Shown: one piece after another, positions 37,643 through 46,662 of the stretch
Layout: every line of letters starts with the position of its first letter
Position numbering within the stretch: position 1 is the stretch's first letter
NCBI GenBank assembly: GCA_965220765.1
Contig: OZ244847.1
Span: 320,646-384,645, forward strand
DNA: 64,000 nt
Reading direction: 5' to 3'
DNA from: Candidatus Latescibacterota bacterium
GTDB taxonomy: Bacteria; Latescibacterota; UBA2968
Position numbers and translations under genes: made by a program
The notes under the pieces: model-generated
Database searches by the model: none
What the model saw: only the letters and a program-made list of their open reading frames with translations
Told to the model about the DNA's origin: nothing

Positions 37643-38515
37643 CTATCCTCCCACTGTACACGCCACGCGATAAACATCGGTTCTCGCTGTAAAAAATAAC
37701 GTCTTCCGATCCTCACCGCCCCAGTTCAAATTGGCAGCGGGAAGAGGCAGTTTAATTTTTCCAAGGAGGTCACCCACAGGATTAAACACCCACACAGCAC
37801 CCGGTCCCGTGCAATAAATATTCCCATTGCGATCCAGCTTCAGGCCATCGGGCGCACCATCTTCATCACCTTTGAGTTCAGCCAATACCCTGCCATTTGC
37901 GAGAGAGCCATCTTCCTGCACATCAAATGCGCGAATATGTCCCCGATGCGTGTCATCGATGTACAGAGTTTTTTCATCGGCTGTTATCGCCAGCCCATTG
38001 GGGCGTTCAAAATCGTCAATCAAAAGAATGGGTTCTGATTCCCCCATAGGCAGGCGATACACCCCCAGAAACGGCAATTCCTGTTCTCCCGGCACACCAT
38101 GCCTGCCCGACAGACCATAAGGTGGATCCGTGAAAATGATGTCCCCATTCTGACAGACAACCAGATCATTGGGCGAATTGAGCTTTTTGCCCTGATAAGA
38201 ATCTACCAGCGTCTTCAATTCGCCATCTGCCTCAATGCTCACCCGCCGGCCAGAGTGCTCGCACGAAAGGAGCCTTCCCTGTCCATCTAATGTCAAACCA
38301 TTTGAATGATAACTCGGTTGGCGATAGGCGACCACACCCCCTTCTGGCGTCCACTTAAAAATGGTATTTGCCGGAATATCCGAAAAAAACAAACACACCT
38401 GTGCGGGGTCCCAGACCGGACCTTCGGTGAACTGAAACCCATCTGCAACCAATTCGGGTTCTGCCGCGGGATCAACCAGATCGGCCATCTCGTCCCGGAT
38501 AACTTCAATACCCAT
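37643..38515 (-). CDS. SMP-30/gluconolactonase/LRE-like lactonase
   Basis: EGPVWDP...; beta-propeller repeats typical of gluconolactonases. Confidence 0.65.
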   Translation of the reverse strand: MGIEVIRDEMADLVDPAAEPELVADGFQFTEGPVWDPAQVCLFFSDIPANTIFKWTPEGGVVAYRQPSYHSNGLTLDGQGRLLSCEHSGRRVSIEADGELKTLVDSYQGKKLNSPNDLVVCQNGDIIFTDPPYGLSGRHGVPGEQELPFLGVYRLPMGESEPILLIDDFERPNGLAITADEKTLYIDDTHRGHIRAFDVQEDGSLANGRVLAELKGDEDGAPDGLKLDRNGNIYCTGPGAVWVFNPVGDLLGKIKLPLPAANLNWGGEDRKTLFFTARTDVYRVACTVGG

Positions 38516-38552
38516 TGTATGAACCTTTCATAAAAGAGTTGTAAAAAAATGG

Positions 38553-38750
38553 TTATACGGTCACTTCCTGGTACGAAAATTCCCTGAGTCCTGCATTGGC
38601 TTTGGCGTGCTCAATTGTCATACTCACGAGATTGCCCTCTTCATCGAGATCGACATAGATGTTTTCATTGATTTCTCTGGTCTCAAAAATTTTTCTATTT
38701 ACAAATTCAACCAGTGCCGTATCAGTATCGGAAAAGTATCGTACTTTCAT
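38553..38750 (-). CDS. DUF2283-like small protein
   Basis: MKVRYFSDTDTALVEF... 65 aa pattern. Confidence 0.45.
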   Translation of the reverse strand: MKVRYFSDTDTALVEFVNRKIFETREINENIYVDLDEEGNLVSMTIEHAKANAGLREFSYQEVTV

Positions 38751-38778
38751 ATCTCAAAGTCTCTACAAAAAAAAGCCT

Positions 38779-38794
38779 TGTGAACCGTTTCACC
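38779..38794 (+). promoter_or_regulatory. CRP/FNR-type binding-site candidate upstream of nupC
   Basis: TGTGA-ACCGTT-TCACC, 71 nt before the nupC ATG. Confidence 0.3.
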
Positions 38795-38864
38795 GTCTTA
38801 TATTAAGGGCAACGAACCAATTTAAAAGCATTCACACACATCGGCAACCGTTAAAGGAGGGGTT

Positions 38865-40097
38865 ATGGAGCGGATAATCAGCGTGCTGGGTCTGGTGGTC
38901 ATGATGGGCCTGGCCTGGGCTATGAGTGAACACAAAAAGCAGGTGAACCTTCGCGTGGTATGGGGCGGGTTGTTGTTGCAACTTATCCTCGCGGTATTCA
39001 TTTTAAAAACATCAATCGGTGCTGCCATATTTCAAAGCATTGGAGACTTTTTCACCGCCACATTGGGCTTTGTCGATGCGGGCACAAGCCTGGTATTTGG
39101 AGAAGAATACGTCCACCACTTCTTTGCCTTCAAAGTATTGCCCACCATCATCTTCTTTTCCTCATTGATGTCCATTCTCTACTACCTCGGCATCATTCAA
39201 AAAGTCGTCGAAGCATTTGCATGGGTCATGCAACGCACATTGGGCACTTCGGGATCGGAAACACTCGCAGCAGCAGCCAATATTTTTGTTGGACAAACCG
39301 AAGCCCCGCTGATGGTGCGTCCGTACATAAGCAGCATGACAAAATCGGAACTCATGGCATTGATGGTCGGTGGCTTTGCGACCATTGCCGGGGGCGTTCT
39401 GGTCGCCTATGTAGGCATGGGTATAGACGCGGGACACCTCGTAGCCGCGTCGGTCATCTCCGCACCTGCAGCATTGCTCATTTCCAAACTGATGATTCCC
39501 GAAACCGAGCAATCCAGGACCTTGGGACACGTCGAATTAAGTGTAGATGAAAAACATGTCAATGTCGTGGATGCTGCAACCAAAGGGGCTTTGGACGGCA
39601 TGAAACTAACCCTCAACGTCGTCGCAATGCTCATCGCTTTCCTTGCCCTTGTCGCGCTGGTTGATGCCATTCTCGGGCTGATTGGTGAGTGGACTGGCGC
39701 GCTCTTTGGATATAACTGGCACTGGTCCCTTGCCGCACTTTTCGGTTATATCTTTGCACCGTTCGCCTATCTGCTGGGCATTCCCTGGGGCGATTGCTTT
39801 TATGCCGGTGAATTACTGGGCAAGAAGATGGTGCTCAACGAATTTATCGCCTATGCACAAATGATGGAATGGTCCCAGCCCGATTCGGGCGTGGTCTTGA
39901 GCGAGCGGAGCACCTTGATCCTGACTTACGCATTGTGCGGCTTTGCCAACTTTGGCAGTGTGGGCATTCAAATCGGCGGCATCGGCGGCATTGCCCCAGA
40001 GCGCCGTGCAGAATTAGCCATCCTCGGCATACGCGCCATGATCGGCGGCACACTTGCAATGATGATGACCGCCTGTATTGCTGGTATTTTAATTTGA
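38865..40097 (+). CDS. nupC: concentrative nucleoside transporter (NupC/CNT family)
   Basis: Length, TM pattern and conserved CNT segments (..GFATIAGGVLVAYV.., ..NEFIAYAQ..). Confidence 0.75.
   Translation: MERIISVLGLVVMMGLAWAMSEHKKQVNLRVVWGGLLLQLILAVFILKTSIGAAIFQSIGDFFTATLGFVDAGTSLVFGEEYVHHFFAFKVLPTIIFFSSLMSILYYLGIIQKVVEAFAWVMQRTLGTSGSETLAAAANIFVGQTEAPLMVRPYISSMTKSELMALMVGGFATIAGGVLVAYVGMGIDAGHLVAASVISAPAALLISKLMIPETEQSRTLGHVELSVDEKHVNVVDAATKGALDGMKLTLNVVAMLIAFLALVALVDAILGLIGEWTGALFGYNWHWSLAALFGYIFAPFAYLLGIPWGDCFYAGELLGKKMVLNEFIAYAQMMEWSQPDSGVVLSERSTLILTYALCGFANFGSVGIQIGGIGGIAPERRAELAILGIRAMIGGTLAMMMTACIAGILI
40058..40097 (+). repeat. left 40-bp direct repeat (3' end of nupC)
   Basis: aatgatgatgaccgcctgtattgctggtattttaatttga; 38/40 identical to 41129..41168. 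Confidence 0.85.
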
Positions 40098-40217
40098 TAC
40101 CTGAGCCCACCCTCGCGCAGATAAAATGAAAGCTGTTGGTTGACTTTTATTGTTGGGTATGGTAATTTCCGATATATAAGTGGTTCATGCCCCATACAGT
40201 CAATTCCAAAGGAGAAA

Positions 40218-40403
40218 ATGATGGACACACTTGATGTGCGAGGCTTGCCCGATGAATATACCATCTGGCTGCAGAAGATGGTTGATAGTTTGCGGGAACA
40301 AACCCAGCACAGAAAGGCACACAAAGGCAAAGAAATCGTGTTTGCGACGCACAAGTCCCACCTGATTGGCGGATATGATCGAGCAGCGGCTTATGAACCA
40401 TAA
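40218..40403 (+). CDS. RHH (ribbon-helix-helix)-like antitoxin-type small protein
   Basis: LDVRGLPDEYTIWLQKMVDSL fits the beta-strand/helix RHH pattern; RBS AAAGGAG; ATG 40218 or 40221. Confidence 0.35.
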   Translation: MMDTLDVRGLPDEYTIWLQKMVDSLREQTQHRKAHKGKEIVFATHKSHLIGGYDRAAAYEP

Positions 40404-40409
40404 TCCCGA

Positions 40410-40437
40410 GGATATGGCGTTACTGGACACCATATCC
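40410..40437 (+). promoter_or_regulatory. inverted repeat GGATATGG-N12-CCATATCC between the RHH gene and the Phd antitoxin gene (operator or attenuator candidate)
   Basis: 8-bp perfect arms. Confidence 0.3.
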
Positions 40438-40458
40438 TGATTTATGGAGAATTTTGCA

Positions 40459-40707
40459 ATGAATTGTTTTGAGTTGGATCAAGCACAGCAACGGTTCCCT
40501 GAACTCGTGGAGCGAGCCAGACGCGGCGAGGATGTCATTATTACGGAACGCAATCAACCTGTGGTCAAATTTGTGGCTGTTGAGCAGAATGCAACTGTAC
40601 CAGCAGTTCCAACTAAGCGGCGACGGCGACCCGGAAGTGCCAAAGGGCTTGTTCATATAAGCGATGATTTCGACGAACCGCTCGAAGATTTCCGGGAATA
40701 TATGTAA
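40459..40707 (+). CDS. Phd/YefM-family type II antitoxin
   Basis: MNCFELDQAQQRFPELVERARRGEDVIITERNQPVVKFVAV matches the Phd/YefM N-terminal pattern; stop overlaps the toxin ATG (ATGTAATG); alternative ATG at 40444. Confidence 0.65.
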   Translation: MNCFELDQAQQRFPELVERARRGEDVIITERNQPVVKFVAVEQNATVPAVPTKRRRRPGSAKGLVHISDDFDEPLEDFREYM

Positions 40708-41093
40708 TGCGCCTTTTACTCGATACGCACAGTTTTTTATGGTATATAGAAGACGATGACAAGCTCAGCCAGAGAGCAGAGCAAATCATCTCTAATATAG
40801 ATAATGAGGTGTTGCTGAGCATAGGGAGCCTGTGGGAGATAGCCATTAAGTATGGTATTGGTAAGTTGAGCCTGTCGCGTGCCTTCAGCGAGTTCATCCC
40901 AAGGCAACTTCTGATAAACCAAATAGATGTACTACCTATCTCATTACCTCATCTTGCAACATATACCGAACTTCCTTTTTATCACCGCGACCCGTTTGAC
41001 CGCTTGATTATTGCACAGGCTATGGTAGAGGACATACCAGTGGTTAGCAGAGACAAACCCTTTCAGGCGTATTCAATTGATGTGATATGGTAA
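40707..41093 (+). CDS. vapC: VapC-family PIN-domain toxin
   Basis: MRLLLDTHSFLW...SLWEIAIKYGIGKL...HRDPFDRLIIAQA (PIN acidic residues and VapC hallmark segments). Confidence 0.8.
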   Translation: MRLLLDTHSFLWYIEDDDKLSQRAEQIISNIDNEVLLSIGSLWEIAIKYGIGKLSLSRAFSEFIPRQLLINQIDVLPISLPHLATYTELPFYHRDPFDRLIIAQAMVEDIPVVSRDKPFQAYSIDVIW

Positions 41094-41128
41094 TCGTCGC
41101 AGGTAAAAAGTCTTCACTAACGTGGGAT

Positions 41129-41168
41129 AATGATGATGACCGCCTGTGTTGCTGGTATTTTAATATGA
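41129..41168 (+). repeat. right 40-bp direct repeat (copy of the nupC 3' end, still encoding MMMTACVAGILI-stop)
   Basis: aatgatgatgaccgcctgtgttgctggtattttaatatga. Confidence 0.85.
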
Positions 41169-41175
41169 GAAATGC

Positions 41176-41210
41176 AAAAAGGAGATACCGTCTGCTGGTA
41201 TCTCCTTTTT
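41176..41210. terminator. bidirectional rho-independent terminator
   Basis: AAAAAGGAGATACC-GTCTGCT-GGTATCTCCTTTTT, 14-bp perfect stem with A and T tracts on both sides. Confidence 0.75.
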
Positions 41211-41375
41211 CTATTCAATAAAAAAACAGGGACGCACCTGGGCGTCCCTGGGGTAGAAACAATCGAACACACGTTAATTCCCTATACGGGCGACGGTTCG
41301 ATGGGTCATGTTGGTAAACATATTGTCCTATATCGGCAGCAATGTCAATCTATTTTTGGGATATATAATTATAAA

Positions 41376-42671
41376 TCATCCATGAGACCCCTTCACACCA
41401 ATCGGCCAATTAGGGGAGTCTGTGCGCGCATCTTTCATAAAACTCTCGATTTCAGCGATCACATCCGGATGATCCGCGGCGACATCGTTTTCCTCGCCAA
41501 TATCCCTGTCCAAATCGTATAACTCGAGTGGTTCGTCAAGCAATAGGGGCGACGGATTGCGCACGGCCTTCCAATTTTTCCAGCGCACAGCCTGTTTGAA
41601 ACCCCCGCTAAAGCGCTCCCAGTACAAAAAGCGCTCCCCAAGATCCTGTGATTCACCCAACAGCGTCGGCAATATGCTAACGCCATCCATATTCTCTGGC
41701 GCGTCTGTGCCGGTCACGTCTGCAACCGTAGGCATAAAATCGGCGTAATACCACACCTGATCGCTCACAGTCCCCGCAGGGATACGATCGGGCCAATGCA
41801 CAATCATAGGCGTACGCAAACCACCTTCATACATCGTCCCTTTTTGCCCGCGCAAAGCACCACAACTGCCAAATGGTTCCCACCGGCGTGCGGCCCCATG
41901 GTCAGAACCAAAAAACAAAAGCGTATTGTCCTTTACCCCCAGTTCGCGCAACAAATCCGCAATTTGTCCAACCTGTGTATCAATCTTTGTAATCATCGCC
42001 GCATAAACTTTCTCATCATCCGTCCAGGGTTTATCGTCCCAGGCACTCGCATCGGGGATTTCATATCTCCCGTGCGGCAATGTCCACGGCAAGTACAAAA
42101 AAAACGGACCATCGCTATTGTTGCGAATAAAGTCACAGGCAAAGTCAAAAATCATATCGTGAGAATAGTCGTTCTCCTCGCCGTCCAGATTGCCCTTGAG
42201 AATAACCTTCTCTTCATTGTGCCACAAAAAAGGCGGATAATACGAATGCGCATTGCGCTGGTTGAGATAGCCAAACCATTCATCAAATCCCTTGCGCGTG
42301 GGAATACCCGCCGAATCGGGTTCACCCAATCCCCATTTCCCCGTTATCCCAGTGGTATATCCCCCCTCCTTGAGCATCTCGGCAACCGTAAAATCCTCCG
42401 GCTCAAGCGGCACCCGTTTCTGCTCTCCCACACCGCCCACAATGCCCATATTGTCGCGCACCCTCGTATGCCCACTGTGCAAACCCGTCATTAAAACCGA
42501 GCGAGATGGCGCGCAGATTGAAGACCCGGTATAACACTGTGTGAACCGCATGGATTCCGACGCAAGCTGGTCCAATCGGGGTGTGGGAATAACCTTTTGC
42601 CCATAACAACCCAGATCGCCATAGCCAATATCATCACAGAGAATAAAAATAATGTTGGGCAATGACATCAT
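41376..42671 (-). CDS. Cys-type sulfatase (arylsulfatase family)
   Basis: LCDDIGYGDLGCYG...SSICAPSRSVLMTGL (CxPxR FGly motif). Confidence 0.8.
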   Translation of the reverse strand: MMSLPNIIFILCDDIGYGDLGCYGQKVIPTPRLDQLASESMRFTQCYTGSSICAPSRSVLMTGLHSGHTRVRDNMGIVGGVGEQKRVPLEPEDFTVAEMLKEGGYTTGITGKWGLGEPDSAGIPTRKGFDEWFGYLNQRNAHSYYPPFLWHNEEKVILKGNLDGEENDYSHDMIFDFACDFIRNNSDGPFFLYLPWTLPHGRYEIPDASAWDDKPWTDDEKVYAAMITKIDTQVGQIADLLRELGVKDNTLLFFGSDHGAARRWEPFGSCGALRGQKGTMYEGGLRTPMIVHWPDRIPAGTVSDQVWYYADFMPTVADVTGTDAPENMDGVSILPTLLGESQDLGERFLYWERFSGGFKQAVRWKNWKAVRNPSPLLLDEPLELYDLDRDIGEENDVAADHPDVIAEIESFMKDARTDSPNWPIGVKGSHG

Positions 42672-42716
42672 GAGATATTTTCCGATATCTTTACGTTTAT
42701 TAACTTAAACCACTGG

Positions 42717-42784
42717 ACGCCTGCTTAAAACATGCAGGCGTGACGAGCAATAGGTGTCATTCCGGCATGGTTTTGAGCCGGAAT
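42717..42784 (-). terminator. tandem hairpins downstream of the S41 protease gene
   Basis: ACGCCTGC-N9-GCAGGCGT (42717-42741) and ATTCCGGC-N10-GCCGGAAT (42759-42784). Confidence 0.35.
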
Positions 42785-42797
42785 CCAGTCCATCAAT

Positions 42798-44708
42798 TCA
42801 CTCTTCCACCAATGCCAATTTTTGCGCGTAAACAGCCCGATCCTTTAACAGACGAACAGCCTCTTGAAACTGCTTATCACCCTTCAGCGTCGCTAAAATT
42901 TTGCCATTAGTGCCCCATACGCGATTGGCCAATGCCCGTTCAATTTCCAGACGGATATACGGCTCGGCCTTATTATAATCGGCTTCGCGCTCGCGCTCGG
43001 CAGCCTGTGACAATTGATTGAGTGCGGCTATGGTCTCGTCTATCAATACATCCTTCTCTTTTAGTGATTTCTTGACTTCTTGCACTTGAATTTCTGTATC
43101 CGCTTTATAGTCAAAACCCTCGGCATTGGATGAATCTGCCATGAAAGTCCAGAATTGAGCGACAATATCTTCGGGCAAGGTGTAGTCTTCAAACCGATTG
43201 GGGAATGATTGCTTTGTTGCAAAATCAACCGCAAAATCAAAAATCAATCCCTCGCGCAATAATGCTATCACCAGCCGTGGCCTGCGCTCTTGTTGCACCA
43301 CCACATCGGGCTTAATCCCACCGCCGCCATAAACTTTGCGCTTGTTCACGCGCGTTGTAAATACCTTTTCAGGATCGACATCTTCAGGTCCGTTATGCTC
43401 GCTGGAAGCCAATCCCAACAACCCTTCCAATCGCATTCCAAGGACTTCTTCTGCCAGGTCTTTGTCCAGACCAAATCTCTCCTCGAGTTCCGTAATAACA
43501 TCTTCGCGTCGTTCAGCCTGACCAATAATGCCAAAGAGTTCATAGGCCGAGACCTTGCTTGAATTTCCCACAGTAATCTCAATGGGACCGCCGCGATATC
43601 GGCGCTTCTCAGCATTGTGAATGCTGCGTCCACTCGGCGTATAATAGGCCGCTGTTGTAAGCTTCAAAGCCTTATCGCCCTGACGCCCCAGTTGGCGCAC
43701 GGTTTGTACAGAGCCTTTTCCAAATGTTTGCGTGCCCACTATAACCCCCCGGTCCCAATCCTGAATTGCCCCTGCGACAATTTCTGATGCACTGGCACTG
43801 CGCTCGTCAACCAGGATCACGAGTGGAATCTCGGCGGGCAATACGGAGTCGTCGCGCGTTTTGTGACTGCGACTCTGATCCGAAAGACGACCTCTGGTTG
43901 ACACGACCAGGCGATCAGATGGCAAAAATTTATCGACCACATCAACCGCCGCGTTGAGTAAGCCTCCCGGATTGCTGCGCAAATCCAGGATAATCCCCGT
44001 AGCACCATTATTGAGCGATCTTATCAGTGCCTGTTGCAACTCTCCTCCTGTGCGTTCAGTAAATCGAGAAGCACTGAGCCAGGACATGGAAATATAACCG
44101 ATATCGGGATCGACTTCGCCCGGAATTTGTACACTTGAAATGTCAATGCGCGCCCGAATAATGGGCTGATCAAAGGGGTCCTTCATCCCTGGTCGCTCAA
44201 TTTTAATGGTCACGCCAGCACCTGGATCACCCCGCAAAACATTGACAATTTCGCGCAGATCCTTGTCAAAAGTCGGATCTCCGTCAATGGCGACAATGCG
44301 ATCTCCCACAACGAGCCTGGTAGAGTCGGCAGGCGTGCCTTCAATAACACTCATCACAACCGGAGGCCCATCATCCTTTCCTCGCTTGCTGATCATAATG
44401 CCCAGCCCACCAAATTTGCCCTGTGTTTCAATCTGAAGTTGCTTGAGGTCGCTACTATCAAAAAGGGTCGTATAAGGATCCAGATCCCACAACATTCCGG
44501 AAATGGCAGCCTTGCTCAAATCCTCTGGCTTCAGCTCATCGACATACTGGTTGAAGAGTAGCTGGTAGGCTTCGTTAATCTCCTCAAAACCGCTCCCCAC
44601 TTTTGCATAAGCATCTTCGCCGGTCACCAACCGGGAATCGAGCACCAGATAAACACCTAAAACAGAAATTAAAGTTATAAAAATGGCGAATTTTCTTCGG
44701 AGAAACAT
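42798..44708 (-). CDS. C-terminal processing peptidase (S41 family, PDZ-containing)
   Basis: N-terminal TM anchor; PDZ-like GDRIVAIDG; catalytic-region resemblance (..GPTASASEIVAGAIQD..). Confidence 0.7.
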   Translation of the reverse strand: MFLRRKFAIFITLISVLGVYLVLDSRLVTGEDAYAKVGSGFEEINEAYQLLFNQYVDELKPEDLSKAAISGMLWDLDPYTTLFDSSDLKQLQIETQGKFGGLGIMISKRGKDDGPPVVMSVIEGTPADSTRLVVGDRIVAIDGDPTFDKDLREIVNVLRGDPGAGVTIKIERPGMKDPFDQPIIRARIDISSVQIPGEVDPDIGYISMSWLSASRFTERTGGELQQALIRSLNNGATGIILDLRSNPGGLLNAAVDVVDKFLPSDRLVVSTRGRLSDQSRSHKTRDDSVLPAEIPLVILVDERSASASEIVAGAIQDWDRGVIVGTQTFGKGSVQTVRQLGRQGDKALKLTTAAYYTPSGRSIHNAEKRRYRGGPIEITVGNSSKVSAYELFGIIGQAERREDVITELEERFGLDKDLAEEVLGMRLEGLLGLASSEHNGPEDVDPEKVFTTRVNKRKVYGGGGIKPDVVVQQERRPRLVIALLREGLIFDFAVDFATKQSFPNRFEDYTLPEDIVAQFWTFMADSSNAEGFDYKADTEIQVQEVKKSLKEKDVLIDETIAALNQLSQAAEREREADYNKAEPYIRLEIERALANRVWGTNGKILATLKGDKQFQEAVRLLKDRAVYAQKLALVEE

Positions 44709-44749
44709 AGGTCGCCTCCAGTTTGTGGTAACAGGTTCTTACGGCAAAC

Positions 44750-45820
44750 TCATTTGTCGTGCATGATCAGTCCGAGATGCCACAGCTTATATGCAACTGT
44801 GGGAGCACCTTGATTGAACTTTGCGGGTTCCTCACCCAATTCAGAACGAATACGCTCTTGTATTCCGGTCCACAACTCGGACCGAGAAATATCGGGCTTT
44901 TCTAAAATGTATTCCAACGCCAGAATCGCATAGGCTCCATTCGTTGAACAGTTCCATATCTCTTTCAATTCTGGATTTCGAAAAGGCTTTCTGCTGCCTT
45001 TTATTCTTCCCAGTCGATACAGGATCTCTGTGCCGTTCATAGGTGAGAATTTACGTCCGCTTTCTTTGCTCTTGCCTCCCAGCTCGAAATATGTCTCTTG
45101 CCACGCATAGTTCCAAGCAGTCCCTTTTTCTACCTTCTCAATGGTACTAAATACCCAGTCTTTCAAGTTAATCTTATATAAATCTCTGACAGAGATTTGA
45201 TTAACAACTACCTTTTTAACATCCTTAAACACAGCACTGATGGACCCCGTTCCATCCACCCTGAAAATGCGGTCGGGTTCAGATTGACACACTTCTTTAA
45301 AACCTTGCCGAACCCTTTCAAAAAATGTTTTCTCTCCTCCTCTATCTTCTGATTCAATGCGATCTGAAAAAAGTGGCAATTCCCGTTTTTGAACCGTCTG
45401 CAAATCGACATCTATCCAGATTGTGATATCTGGTTTTAAACCACCCGTGGCCACGTTTTGAACCATTCTCAGGTCATCGAGATTCAACCCGCGACCATAG
45501 CCTTGATAAGCCAATGTAGAATCGACGTAACGATCTGAAATTACCACTTTGCCCGCATCCAGCGATGGCCGAATCAATTCGTTAACATGCTGTACGCGAT
45601 CCGCTGAAAATAAGAACATTTCGGCAGTTGCATCAATCTCGCCTTGCGATTTCCTTTCGAGTACGAGACGCCGAATTTCTTGACCGAGTTCTGTATCGCC
45701 CGGCTCATAAGTAAATACAACCTCGTACCCACGCTCCTGCAAATGATCAAATAGCAACTTAGCCTGGGTGCTTTTCCCGCTTTGATCAATGCCTTCAAAT
45801 GATATGAAAATACCGGACAT
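44750..45820 (-). CDS. tmk: thymidylate kinase with about 150-aa uncharacterised C-terminal extension
   Basis: MSGIFISFEGIDQSGKSTQ (P-loop), DRY-like DRYVDST, lid region; the protein is 356 aa versus about 210 for canonical Tmk. Confidence 0.7.
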   Translation of the reverse strand: MSGIFISFEGIDQSGKSTQAKLLFDHLQERGYEVVFTYEPGDTELGQEIRRLVLERKSQGEIDATAEMFLFSADRVQHVNELIRPSLDAGKVVISDRYVDSTLAYQGYGRGLNLDDLRMVQNVATGGLKPDITIWIDVDLQTVQKRELPLFSDRIESEDRGGEKTFFERVRQGFKEVCQSEPDRIFRVDGTGSISAVFKDVKKVVVNQISVRDLYKINLKDWVFSTIEKVEKGTAWNYAWQETYFELGGKSKESGRKFSPMNGTEILYRLGRIKGSRKPFRNPELKEIWNCSTNGAYAILALEYILEKPDISRSELWTGIQERIRSELGEEPAKFNQGAPTVAYKLWHLGLIMHDK

Positions 45821-45902
45821 TTGTTCCCACGTTTTTCTGTAAGGAAAAAAAGAACCCGGCGGTACCCCCGGGTTTTATCATCCTGTATTCGACAACCAGG
45901 CC

Positions 45903-46496
45903 TTATGATTTCGTCAGCTTTCGAAAGTGAATTACCCGCTCCATCGCAGTAAAATTTCCCAACAGAGCAATTGCCCAGACCACAACGATCAAACCAATAT
46001 CCCCAATCAAAGGTACGATCACCCCGCCAGCGCCAATGGCAATAATGCGCTCGGGACGCTGCATAAACCCAACTTTACACTCCGCCCCAAGACCCTCAAT
46101 GCGCGCGCGCACATAACTCACCATCAGAGATCCTGCCAGTGCAAAAAAGACCGCCGAGCTTGTCCAGAGATCATCAGCTCGTATAAAACTGATCGCGATA
46201 CCAAACCAGATAAAAATTTCGGAATATCGATCAACAGTAGAATCGAGAAGCGCACCAAATTTGGATTCTGTTTTACCCTTGCGCGCCACCTGCCCGTCGA
46301 GAAAATCAAAAATACCCGCAACAAGCACCGTCAACCCGGCCCACATATACAATCCAAAGCCAAAGAGCACGGCGGCACCTATATTGAAAACAAACCCGAT
46401 CATCGTCAACAAATCGGGAGTAAAGCGTTTTTCGACGAGATATTCCGTAGAAGGTGCCAAAATCTCGGCAACATCATCTTTAACTTTTTCAATCAC
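45903..46496 (-). CDS. CDP-alcohol phosphatidyltransferase family protein
   Basis: DFLDGQVARKGKTESKFGALLDSTVDRYSE matches D-G-x2-A-R-x8-G-x3-D-x3-D. Confidence 0.65.
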   Translation of the reverse strand: MIEKVKDDVAEILAPSTEYLVEKRFTPDLLTMIGFVFNIGAAVLFGFGLYMWAGLTVLVAGIFDFLDGQVARKGKTESKFGALLDSTVDRYSEIFIWFGIAISFIRADDLWTSSAVFFALAGSLMVSYVRARIEGLGAECKVGFMQRPERIIAIGAGGVIVPLIGDIGLIVVVWAIALLGNFTAMERVIHFRKLTKS

Positions 46497-46622
46497 TGTT
46501 AAACCCCACGGAGAGTGAAGTTTTTATTTGAATTTTCTACTGTTAGAACAAATCCAAATATAGGCCAATTCTGTAGGTGTAGCAAGCGAAATATCCCTTC
46601 CGCACAGGCCAAAAAACAACCC

Positions 46623-46638
46623 GAAATGCCTGCATTTC
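46623..46638. promoter_or_regulatory. 16-bp perfect palindrome GAAATGC-CT-GCATTTC
   Basis: Read directly from the sequence. Confidence 0.3.
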
Positions 46639-46662
46639 AGCGTTGGGAAATCTGAGAGGAAT

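Larger units (their letters stand above)
40098..41128 (+). mobile_element. inserted toxin-antitoxin cassette (about 1.03 kb) bounded by the 40-bp direct repeats
   Basis: Carries its own promoter-like TTGACT-17-TAATTT (40140-40168) and three small genes; flanked by a duplicated nupC 3' end. Confidence 0.4.
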
